Positions 27,184 through 35,740 of a stretch of DNA of 64,000 nucleotides are shown in pieces. Every line of letters starts with the position of its first letter. Position 1 is the stretch's first letter. Source of the stretch: a virus. Both the position numbers and the translations under genes were made by a program. The stretch lies in IMG/VR virus record IMGVR_UViG_3300032287_003869, positions 1-64,000 of that record; one strand, written 5' to 3'. The notes under the pieces are model-generated. The model was not told the origin of the DNA. It searched no databases and saw only the letters and a program-made list of their open reading frames with translations.

Positions 27184-28091
27184 AATTTAATTTCTTTTTT
27201 CTCCAAGAGTTTCGTGAAAGACATGAATTTTTCAGTTATCATTCCTCCAGCAGTGTTCTTATACCCTCCACCATCCGTCAGACTTTGAGCCACCTTCGAC
27301 AAGTCAACATTTGAATGGTGATTTTTTCTAAAACTCACCTTTTGGGTGTCATTATTTACAATAATAGCGATTTCATATCCCATTTCGGTCAATTCGGCCG
27401 CAACTTCATTTATACAAATGTCAGCAAATGTTGCTATAATTTTTCTAAAAACCCCTTGGATTTTCACATCACCAACGTAAAAGTCAGCAGAATCTACAAT
27501 TTTTCTTATTTTGTTTTTATAAAAATCTATAATTTTGATTTCCTGTTCGGAAAAATCAGAAAATCCATTATTGAATCTTTCTTTCAACTTCAGAGTCTTG
27601 TCCCCTTGGAAGTTCCAATAAAGCATGTTCATACCAATTGATTGAACCTTTTCAAGAAGTCTATATGATACATAATCATCAACAATAGCTACGAACTTTC
27701 TTTGTTCTGTTGAAATCTTCCTATCTGAATATTTTTCTTTCAAATGTCTATAAAGACCTAAAACCGTAGATCCTTGCTCAAGGACATGGACTTTTGCATT
27801 TTTATACAAGTCTCGGCATCTTTTGGCTTCTTGATGGTGATCAAATATTTGAACATTTTTTTCATCTATCAAGTGCATTATAGGACAAGTATCTAATGCT
27901 ACAAAATAAATTTCATCGTAATCTTCCAATTTATTTTTTAAAAGCCATCTTGAAATATCGCTTTTCATATTCAGATGGTTTGTCATCGTGTATGAAGGTG
28001 TATTCCAAAGATACCAGTGCAATAGCAAATAACACGCCGATCCATCCAAGTCGGAATGAATAAAGACATGTATTTTTTTATTGTTTTGCAT
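27180..28091 (-). CDS. DHH-family phosphoesterase
   Basis: HSDLDG, FDHH, VSFR and GGG(Y) motifs. Confidence 0.8.
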   Translation of the reverse strand: MQNNKKIHVFIHSDLDGSACYLLLHWYLWNTPSYTMTNHLNMKSDISRWLLKNKLEDYDEIYFVALDTCPIMHLIDEKNVQIFDHHQEAKRCRDLYKNAKVHVLEQGSTVLGLYRHLKEKYSDRKISTEQRKFVAIVDDYVSYRLLEKVQSIGMNMLYWNFQGDKTLKLKERFNNGFSDFSEQEIKIIDFYKNKIRKIVDSADFYVGDVKIQGVFRKIIATFADICINEVAAELTEMGYEIAIIVNNDTQKVSFRKNHHSNVDLSKVAQSLTDGGGYKNTAGGMITEKFMSFTKLLEKKEIKL

Positions 28092-28116
28092 TGTCCATTA
28101 ATTTATTGCAATTACA

Positions 28117-29454
28117 CTAATCTTCAAGTGCTTTTATTGATTTATTGAAATCTGCCAATTCTTCAGTGTCATTTTGAATGTCTTCCTCTTCCAAGGTCAA
28201 TGTTGTATAATCTATCTTCAGAACGGTAGATCCGAAATTTGGGCCAAATCGATTTTTCGCAATACCCATATTGATATATCCGTTTTCTTTATCTTCATCG
28301 CTTTGCCAAATATTAAAAATACAGTCAGCTGTATTTGCCAAGCTGATTCCCTCCGATATTTTATCCAAGCTGGGGTCTTCTTCGGAGAAACCGGATCTTG
28401 TTATCTGGGAGGCACTTATGATTGGAACATTGTATGTATAGGAAATCGCTCTTAGTTGTTCAGATATGTGTTTAATTCGTTCATACATTGTTGTTCCACT
28501 TGAACTACTCATCAAATTTAAGTAATCCAATACAAGGCAATCTACCTTTATTCCTCTCTGTTGGAGTTTTTTCAAATATGCTCCAACTTGGAATGGCGAA
28601 ATTGTCGATGGCGGAAATTCTTTAATTAAAATTTTAGCTTCTTTGTTTCTTTTCTTAATGTCGGTCAATTGATCTTTCAGGTTGTTGAAATCTGTTTTGA
28701 GTTCAAACATTGGAATCTTGGTGAGTTTTGATGCAAATCTCATACCATACATGATTTCAGACATTTCCAAAGAAATTACAAGGGCGGTTTTGCCTTGCAT
28801 GGCGACATTTGCCGCAATATTTCCCAAGAAAATGGATTTACCAACATTTGTCTGCCCAATGAAAATATACAATGCCTTTCCGTTTTCCAAAAAACCGCCG
28901 CCAATCTTGTTGTCCAGCCATTTCCAACCACTTGAAATTTTGCTTTCATTCTTTGAAAGCTCTGAAATAAAATTATCAACGTCTTCCAAAAGATTAAGAC
29001 CCATCGATGATGATAAATTGATTCCGACAGCTTGCTCCATCTTCATCAACAATTCAGCCGCATCCAATTTTCCATTATCGTGACTATTAGCCGCTTCCAA
29101 CAATGTGTTGAATACGGATTTCTGTTTCAGAAAAGTCTCGGTATTTTCGAACAATTCTTCACGATTGAACTTTGTTCCATCTAAATCCTGCATTTTAATC
29201 AAAACGTTCTTATACGAATCCTTCAACTTCGGATCACTCAAATACGTTTTAATTTCACTTAAAGTAGGAACTTCATTTCTTTTAAGATAAAAGTCACGAA
29301 TAATACCTATGGTGGATTTGATGTCCTTATCGGAAAACAAATCCTCCTTTAGATAATCTATAACGGAACCCAAATATCCCTCATCGAATATGCAGTTATA
29401 TACGATGACTTTTTCATAAAAATCCAGATCTAGTTTTGCAGTTTTTTCGTCCAT
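28117..29454 (-). CDS. gp41: replicative DNA helicase, T4 gp41-like
   Basis: GQTNVGKS Walker A, SLEM, KEFPP, LDYLNLM, SASQ, SEG and KNRFG. Confidence 0.93.
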   Translation of the reverse strand: MDEKTAKLDLDFYEKVIVYNCIFDEGYLGSVIDYLKEDLFSDKDIKSTIGIIRDFYLKRNEVPTLSEIKTYLSDPKLKDSYKNVLIKMQDLDGTKFNREELFENTETFLKQKSVFNTLLEAANSHDNGKLDAAELLMKMEQAVGINLSSSMGLNLLEDVDNFISELSKNESKISSGWKWLDNKIGGGFLENGKALYIFIGQTNVGKSIFLGNIAANVAMQGKTALVISLEMSEIMYGMRFASKLTKIPMFELKTDFNNLKDQLTDIKKRNKEAKILIKEFPPSTISPFQVGAYLKKLQQRGIKVDCLVLDYLNLMSSSSGTTMYERIKHISEQLRAISYTYNVPIISASQITRSGFSEEDPSLDKISEGISLANTADCIFNIWQSDEDKENGYINMGIAKNRFGPNFGSTVLKIDYTTLTLEEEDIQNDTEELADFNKSIKALED

Positions 29455-30119
29455 TTGTTTTTAAAGTATTCGTTTGATTCGTTCCAGTCTTTTGTGAATT
29501 CTCGAAGACCTGGTGAGCTATGATCCAGCAATATTGGCCAAGTTCCTATCTTCAATTTGTTCATATTGCAAGACATGGAAAAGTCCATATCGTAATGGTG
29601 GAACATAAATTTTTCATCAAATCTCGTATTGGTTTCTAAAACTCTTTTAGAGTTTATTGCAATAAAAACACCATCAATTATAGCAACCCTGCTAGGGGAT
29701 GGTCCAAAAACAGTCAATAAAAGTTCATTTCCAGTACCTTCCCAAGTGTGTCCAGCAAAACCTCTTAAATCCTTCCTGTCAGCCATCAAATGCCAAAGGT
29801 TTTGATTCTTTATTTGAGGGTTAATACATCCAGCCACCCCCAAAACATCGAACTTCTCCATTCCTTTCTCTATTTGATATGCTATATCCATGTTTATGAA
29901 TTCCACGTCATCGTGAACGAAGATCATATAATCGCATACGTTCGCATAGGTGTCAATACATTCGTTGTAATATTGCGACAGCCCAACTTTCGTATTGTTG
30001 TGTTTTAATTTCAATTCAATTTTAATTTCAGAGTGCTTATTAAGCTCTTTAAAACTTTTGAAAATTTTAGTTTGACAAGGATCTGTTTTCTTTGATAGAC
30101 TGCAAGCAACAATATTCAC
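29430..30119 (-). CDS. glycosyltransferase (GT-A fold)
   Basis: FVHDDV, GVAG, IDGVFIA and FDE.FMFHHYDMD. Confidence 0.8.
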   Translation of the reverse strand: MNIVACSLSKKTDPCQTKIFKSFKELNKHSEIKIELKLKHNNTKVGLSQYYNECIDTYANVCDYMIFVHDDVEFINMDIAYQIEKGMEKFDVLGVAGCINPQIKNQNLWHLMADRKDLRGFAGHTWEGTGNELLLTVFGPSPSRVAIIDGVFIAINSKRVLETNTRFDEKFMFHHYDMDFSMSCNMNKLKIGTWPILLDHSSPGLREFTKDWNESNEYFKNKWTKKLQN

Positions 30120-30125
30120 ACGATT

Positions 30126-30153
30126 ATTGTAACAGAAAAACTAAATAATTCAA
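30126..30153. promoter_or_regulatory. overlapping divergent promoters (sigma70-type on minus, late on plus)
   Basis: Minus TTGAAT-16nt-TACAAT, 6 nt before GTG 30119; plus TAAATA 30142-30147 lies inside its spacer. Confidence 0.6.
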
Positions 30154-30158
30154 CAACT

Positions 30159-30830
30159 ATGAAAGATAAAGATCAAGTAGCTATATTCGAATCCTATAGA
30201 GAAGACATCCTCAACAAGTTTAAAAAGAGCTTGGAAGGAAACAACGAGCCAGAAATGGAACAAGAACCAATTGAAAACGATCCTTCGGACGAGGTTCCTG
30301 ATTCGGTATCAGATGAAGATTCCGACATGGATGATATTGGTGAAATCGAACTTCCTAAAAAGAAAAACGTAATTGTTCGTTCACAAGAAATTGGAATTCA
30401 AATGCATCCTCAGCTTAGAGAAATTTTAAGACATCTTCCGGATACTATTGAAGACGTTGATGTTCTTTCATCTATTAAAGATGCTATCAAGGAAGTGAAT
30501 GCTGACTTGGCAGATGAAGACCATATAAAAGATTCCCCTCTTTCAATTTATGATGATTTAATTAATTCTGGAATTTATTCCGAAGAAGAAGTTGATTCAG
30601 ATGATTTGGAAGACAAAGAAATTGACGTTCTTCAAAGCATGGAAGACGATGACTACTCAGACGATTCCGATATTGAGAACGAATTCGATCTTAGTAAGAA
30701 AACTCGTAGGGAAAGAGAAGATTTTCGTTCTGGAATGAGGGGCGATGTTGAGAGATCAAAGGCTGAGGATTACCTTCGCCAAATGGGTGTCGATTGGGAG
30801 GATCGTGGTCTTCCTGAAAACGATTACTAA
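30159..30830 (+). CDS. highly acidic late protein with capsid-targeting-like leader
   Basis: MKDKDQVAIFESY; D/E-rich; TAAATA upstream. Confidence 0.7.
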   Translation: MKDKDQVAIFESYREDILNKFKKSLEGNNEPEMEQEPIENDPSDEVPDSVSDEDSDMDDIGEIELPKKKNVIVRSQEIGIQMHPQLREILRHLPDTIEDVDVLSSIKDAIKEVNADLADEDHIKDSPLSIYDDLINSGIYSEEEVDSDDLEDKEIDVLQSMEDDDYSDDSDIENEFDLSKKTRREREDFRSGMRGDVERSKAEDYLRQMGVDWEDRGLPENDY

Positions 30831-31468
30831 TTAATCGAGCAATCGCAAGAGGCTACATTTGTAATTCCCTCTTTCGTTAACAAATACAATTCACCATCTT
30901 CGAGGGGTTCCGACCCCTCGAATTTTGTTGTAGAGAAAGTATTTTCGTAAATATCCGCATACAGATCGGTATTGCATTTAAACAAAAATGTATTTCTGCT
31001 GTCCAAATCATGTATCCACATTGCATAGCTTCCTTCCATTAAGGAAACTGCTTGTTCTATAACATGAACATCGCTACCATCTCCTTCTGTTTGTTCATAT
31101 ACAAAATTCAACAAAGCAAACAATACTCTGCTGTTTAACGTTGGATCAGATATAGAACCTTTAAAGTCTTCTATTACTTCCTTTTTATTGGTTATATTTC
31201 CTATGCAGGAAACTATCCACTTGTTACTTATAAGAGGATTCATTGAATCTGAATCAAACTCTTTTGTTCTTTTCTCGCTGATTCCTAAAAATGTATTATA
31301 TTTCCTTCTAGGAAATTTGAAATCCTCAGCTAAAACATGAACTTTATATATGTCGAATAAATCATCCCTCAAAAGAAGCATAGAATTGTTTTTTTTAACT
31401 TTCCCACTATTCAGCTTCTGAAGTTCTAGGAACTTTGATTTATTATTCGACCCGTATATAGTGTTCAT
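30827..31468 (-). CDS. degenerate Ntn-glutamine amidotransferase-like protein
   Basis: P(L)...W.VS.IGNITN and MEGSYAMWI resemble class II GATase motifs; no N-terminal Cys. Confidence 0.5.
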   Translation of the reverse strand: MNTIYGSNNKSKFLELQKLNSGKVKKNNSMLLLRDDLFDIYKVHVLAEDFKFPRRKYNTFLGISEKRTKEFDSDSMNPLISNKWIVSCIGNITNKKEVIEDFKGSISDPTLNSRVLFALLNFVYEQTEGDGSDVHVIEQAVSLMEGSYAMWIHDLDSRNTFLFKCNTDLYADIYENTFSTTKFEGSEPLEDGELYLLTKEGITNVASCDCSIN

Positions 31469-32724
31469 TTTCCAAATCCTACAATTCTATCGCTTTTTTC
31501 TTCTTCCTTATAAAATTTATTATCATCATTGATGTTGTAAATCTCACTCAATGACATTGGTTCTTTAATGGATTCTATTTGGGAATCCTTGAATTTCAAA
31601 GAATTGGCTAATTTTTTAGAGTCTTCTATCGAGAGTTTATCAAACTTATAGTCTGCCATTGTTCTACCCTTTCTTCTTAAAGCCTTATCGATTTTAGTCT
31701 CATCGCAGTTATATGTGATAATAATGGAAGCTTGAATCATGTCTGAAAGTATACCGTCAGATAGATTCAAAATTGTTGAAATGTACTCGTTATCCTGTCT
31801 TTCTCTGGAAATCAATATTTTTTCAGCATCTTCCAAGATAATTACACATTTCTTTCTTTTTACTAAAATTGAAAAAATGTCAGGATCGGATATGAATTTT
31901 TCGATAAAACTTGTTGGAATAAAAATAAATTCCTTATTGATAACACTTGTTAGATATTTCACGAAACTACTCTTCCCTGTACCTGGATCTCCGTGAAACA
32001 TATAAAGTCCTTTATTATTCGCTTTCAGTTTGTGTATAATTTTATCATACACTGGTTTGAATTTTTGCCCATAGTTTAACTCCAAATCAATCTTCGGAAC
32101 CTTAATATCTAGCGGTTCGAAGTCATACTCCCCATATTGATTTTTCATCAACACAGAAACGAAGTTTCTTTCCGAACATTCTATTTTAAATTTCTCCAAA
32201 AATTTGAACTCATCCATGAATTCCTTTGAAATGAATTTATAACTAGGATAATGAATCGTTATATTGATCTTCGAATTGTTTTCATCTATCTTTTTTAGAT
32301 TTTCATCCTTTTCATCTGACGTTTCTGGACTGTATCTATGAGTTTCTGGCATCAAAAACTCATAATCATCATCCCCTTGGAATGTTGATTCCTTTTCGCT
32401 CCTTTCGTTCAACCCCAATATTATGATATATTCGTTGTGATAAAAATAAAAATTGGGTTTTTTTCTCTTACATACATGATTCAAAATATTTTTGAAGTCC
32501 AATTTTTTCTTTAAAGAATCAACTGACATTGAAAAACCAGAATGATACATAAATGTAAAATTCTTAAAACAATACTCTAAAAGAGAAAGATCGAATGATT
32601 CTGAAAAATTTACACTAGAACATTCGGTATTATAAAGTTTTTCATAAAATCTTTTTACATTAAAATTATGCTGATGTGGATCAGATGCATGTAAATCTAA
32701 TTCTTTTATTTCTAATGTTTTCAT
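31465..32724 (-). CDS. AAA+ ATPase
   Basis: GDPGTGKS, IILEDAE, LNLSDG, IDKALRRKGR and C-terminal VGF. Confidence 0.85.
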   Translation of the reverse strand: MKTLEIKELDLHASDPHQHNFNVKRFYEKLYNTECSSVNFSESFDLSLLEYCFKNFTFMYHSGFSMSVDSLKKKLDFKNILNHVCKRKKPNFYFYHNEYIIILGLNERSEKESTFQGDDDYEFLMPETHRYSPETSDEKDENLKKIDENNSKINITIHYPSYKFISKEFMDEFKFLEKFKIECSERNFVSVLMKNQYGEYDFEPLDIKVPKIDLELNYGQKFKPVYDKIIHKLKANNKGLYMFHGDPGTGKSSFVKYLTSVINKEFIFIPTSFIEKFISDPDIFSILVKRKKCVIILEDAEKILISRERQDNEYISTILNLSDGILSDMIQASIIITYNCDETKIDKALRRKGRTMADYKFDKLSIEDSKKLANSLKFKDSQIESIKEPMSLSEIYNINDDNKFYKEEEKSDRIVGFGK

Positions 32725-32728
32725 TTTT

Positions 32729-33367
32729 TCAATTCCAATTTAGTGCTTTTGATATATTTGGGAAGTTCAATTTAAATATTTTTTGAATTTCTACCGCTAT
32801 ATTTCTATGTTCTTTTTGAGTGTCTTGTTTTGTTCTGAGTTGCAAGTAGTGTATAAAACTACGGATGTTGCCTGACATGTAAAGAGTTGTTTGAGCGCAT
32901 AAAGGCAAAACCATTCTTGCACATTCTTTAGCCACGCCTTCCCTAAGAAGCTTTTCGTATGTTTTAATAGAAAAATCAATAGCATATTTTGCAGCATTGT
33001 TTAAAACAACATCAGCCATTACTTCTTCACTGCTTTGTCTGTTTTTTATCTCTTGTTTTCTTAGCTCAAGATTCTCCATTTCTGTCGTTTCCGAATACCT
33101 CTGAGAGAACTCTTGAAAATTAAAACTTTTATGCCTAAGTACTTGAGCGGCAATAGCTCTCGATGTTTTAATTTCAACGGTCATACTAGCCTGTTCAAAT
33201 ATAGACCAATGACCATGATCTATGCAATATTTCAATAATTTAGGAGCAGTTTCCGTGTTGAGTTGATTGCTGGGATTGGATACTCTGGCGCAGTATCCAA
33301 TTAAATCCTCAGCTGTTTTCAACCCTTCAATTTCAGGTTTTGTTATAGAAATTAGTTTAACAGTCAT
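32729..33367 (-). CDS. thyX: FAD-dependent thymidylate synthase
   Basis: ARVS, GHWSIFE, RHKSFNFQEFSQRY, ECARMVLP and TQKEHR; start ATG 33367. Confidence 0.93.
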   Translation of the reverse strand: MTVKLISITKPEIEGLKTAEDLIGYCARVSNPSNQLNTETAPKLLKYCIDHGHWSIFEQASMTVEIKTSRAIAAQVLRHKSFNFQEFSQRYSETTEMENLELRKQEIKNRQSSEEVMADVVLNNAAKYAIDFSIKTYEKLLREGVAKECARMVLPLCAQTTLYMSGNIRSFIHYLQLRTKQDTQKEHRNIAVEIQKIFKLNFPNISKALNWN

Positions 33368-33689
33368 ATGGCTTGGCGAATCCCTCTTTAACCAAAAGAT
33401 CATTCACATTTTTACCATCAACGGAAACTATACCCAACCAACGACCATATTTTTCCTTTTTGTCTTTGATTGTTTCTAGAATGATTTCCTTATTGATGGT
33501 TAATTCGCTCAAACGATCTCTACTAGTGAATCCAAGTGATCTAAATTCACCTTTTAATTCTGGTGCATTGATACCATAGAGTCTGATAATTTGATCTTTT
33601 AACCAAACGCCAAAACCCAAATCAATATCTACAGTGAAGGTGTCGCCATCGTGAACCGATTTCACGATGGCTCTATAATTATATTTCAA
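33357..33689 (-). CDS. thermonuclease (SNase-like)
   Basis: VHDGDT, IRLYGINAPE, KYGRWL and LVKEGFA. Confidence 0.88.
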   Translation of the reverse strand: MKYNYRAIVKSVHDGDTFTVDIDLGFGVWLKDQIIRLYGINAPELKGEFRSLGFTSRDRLSELTINKEIILETIKDKKEKYGRWLGIVSVDGKNVNDLLVKEGFAKPYDC

Positions 33690-33922
33690 TCAGCCTCCTC
33701 TTGTGTTTGAGGAGATTTCTTTCTTTGGTTTCTTTCTTGCTTCTGAGCTTTAACGGCCCTCTTCTGATCTTCAGAAAGAATCCCAAGAATATCTTCCCTC
33801 CAAGTTCTATTGGCTTCCTTTCGAGAAAGGGTAGTACTTCCTTTGGGTGCTACTCTTTTTAGTTGTTCTCTGATCTCCTGCATGATAGGAGACTTAATTG
33901 ATTTCCACGTTGCTAGGTTCAT
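33686..33922 (-). CDS. hypothetical protein
   Basis: ORF coupled to its neighbours. Confidence 0.55.
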   Translation of the reverse strand: MNLATWKSIKSPIMQEIREQLKRVAPKGSTTLSRKEANRTWREDILGILSEDQKRAVKAQKQERNQRKKSPQTQEEAD

Positions 33923-33925
33923 ATG

Positions 33926-34618
33926 TTATTCATTTTCCTTTTCTGTTGAGTTTTCATTTTTAAATGCTAGTTCTTTTTGTAATTTTTCATCCAGCACAGG
34001 AAGAATCTTTTCCCATACTTCGTTGTTATCTCTAAATTCTTTATAAAATCCAAGACTTTCACCGTTAAAAGCATAACGATGTCCTTGTTTTTCCAAAACA
34101 CCATATGCTTCGGCCATTTCCAATAAACCAGAATACTTTGCTAGACCAGTTTTGAAATTCAAATATAATTCTGTCTCTAGGAATGGTGTCACGAATCGAT
34201 TCTTTGTGGTTAGAAATCGTAATGTAAGTCCATTGACATCTTTGGACATTGAAGTGGATTCTTCCACTGCATTCTTGTTGTCCAACTTCGATGCTTTCTC
34301 TTGCTTCATTGACATTTGAACAAGAACGCTAGACATGTACAGAGGACCAGAACCTCCAGCTTGGCTTTTTACAAGTGTGGGATATAGGGCGCCTGGATTA
34401 TCATATGTATGGTTAGAAAACAATACAGGACAATTTGCCTTGGATGCTGAGTGTGTAATGGCCCTCAACATGCTTTTACAATTGTGGCTTATTATTTTAT
34501 CGTCTGTTATGCAAAAAGTTTCATCTTCATCTACTGTAATATCTATTAGATTTTTATCCTCAATGATATTTTCTATTTCTAGAATTTCAATTTCTTCGTA
34601 GTTATTTTCAATGTACAT
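33926..34618 (-). CDS. uvsX: UvsX/RecA C-terminal half preceded by a 46-aa C-intein
   Basis: IDITV...F...ISHN|CKSMLR, then SNHTY, GGSGPLY, KNRF and YSGLLE RecA/UvsX motifs. Confidence 0.9.
   Translation of the reverse strand: MYIENNYEEIEILEIENIIEDKNLIDITVDEDETFCITDDKIISHNCKSMLRAITHSASKANCPVLFSNHTYDNPGALYPTLVKSQAGGSGPLYMSSVLVQMSMKQEKASKLDNKNAVEESTSMSKDVNGLTLRFLTTKNRFVTPFLETELYLNFKTGLAKYSGLLEMAEAYGVLEKQGHRYAFNGESLGFYKEFRDNNEVWEKILPVLDEKLQKELAFKNENSTEKENE
34481..34618 (-). mobile_element. split intein, C-fragment (IntC)
   Basis: Blocks F/G: LIDITVDEDETF...ISHN followed by Cys+1. Confidence 0.9.
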
Positions 34619-35708
34619 ATGTTTTTATTTCTTTGTTATTTTTGATTATATTGATGTTTTGAACTATGTCAAGTATTAGTTTTTCTTCGTTTTCTTTAAA
34701 TGATTTTTCCCAAACAATTATTACTGGTAGTTTTAATTCGCTCTTCAATTCTTCTATTCTGTAATTATCTTTTTCCCATTTTTCTTTCACTAAAATTTTA
34801 CTGTAACTTATGCCTATAATGTCATCTGCTTTATATATTTCCGGATTACCGTGCCAAAAATCACCATAAAATTCAATAATGACCAAATCTTTTATTAAAA
34901 GATCCATGTGATATTTCCAATGCGGATTTTCTCTAATATATTCGTTTTCTTGTAAATTTAATACAGTTATAAGTTTAGATATAAACTTTTTTGCTATTTT
35001 ACTATTACCGTCAAAATCAGTTCTCCCAAATAAACCGGACGATCCTTTTTTATTGTATGCCTTCATTCTATTATCAGTCCACTCTTTCCATTTTTCAGAA
35101 GATAATTGATTCAAAGTGTCCAATCTATTTTTAACCATTTTTTCTAAAATTTCTGGAACTTTTGTATTATGAGGAACTCCCAATTTTCTCATATATGTAT
35201 TTTTGGTTTTTTCGTAAAATACTTCTTTATAATTTTCTCCATATCTTTCTGTCAATATTTGGTTTTTATTTTTAATAACATTTGGATCCATTATAACAAA
35301 CTCAAAACCATACTTTTCTAAACATGTTTTTTTTCTTTTTTCTAGACCATTTTTAGAATTTTCTGAACTTGTGCAAGTTAAACACATTTTGCTAAAATGC
35401 GAAGATGGTTTTAATTTTTCCGTATTTTCCGATAGTTTAAATGAAATTTGTTTCGATAATAAAGTTTTGCCCAAACTACGTCCGCATATATTGCATAATT
35501 TTTCAATTTCTATTTTTTCATGCCATTTAAAATTTAAAGAAACATCTTTACCCATATAATCGCAATACCATTTATATATTATTTGATTTTTAGGTTTTGA
35601 TATAAAAGGTTTAACTTTTAAATTTTTAATCAAATTTAAATTATGTAAAGATTTTTCTGTCAATTTTACATTGTGTTTTTTAAAAAAATCTATGAATATA
35701 TTTACCAT
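34608..35708 (-). CDS. free-standing homing endonuclease, Vsr/DUF559-like
   Basis: C-terminal DLLI...IIEFYGDFWHGNP...IVWE; N-terminal CxxC pairs and KTCLEKYG-like repeats; very AT-rich; sits between the intein halves. Confidence 0.85.
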   Translation of the reverse strand: MVNIFIDFFKKHNVKLTEKSLHNLNLIKNLKVKPFISKPKNQIIYKWYCDYMGKDVSLNFKWHEKIEIEKLCNICGRSLGKTLLSKQISFKLSENTEKLKPSSHFSKMCLTCTSSENSKNGLEKRKKTCLEKYGFEFVIMDPNVIKNKNQILTERYGENYKEVFYEKTKNTYMRKLGVPHNTKVPEILEKMVKNRLDTLNQLSSEKWKEWTDNRMKAYNKKGSSGLFGRTDFDGNSKIAKKFISKLITVLNLQENEYIRENPHWKYHMDLLIKDLVIIEFYGDFWHGNPEIYKADDIIGISYSKILVKEKWEKDNYRIEELKSELKLPVIIVWEKSFKENEEKLILDIVQNINIIKNNKEIKTYVH

Positions 35709-35715
35709 ATATTCA

Positions 35716-35723
35716 TATTTATA
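35716..35723 (-). promoter_or_regulatory. T4 late promoter
   Basis: Perfect TATAAATA, 7 nt before the endonuclease ATG. Confidence 0.75.
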
Positions 35724-35740
35724 TCTTTTGCTCTAATTTT

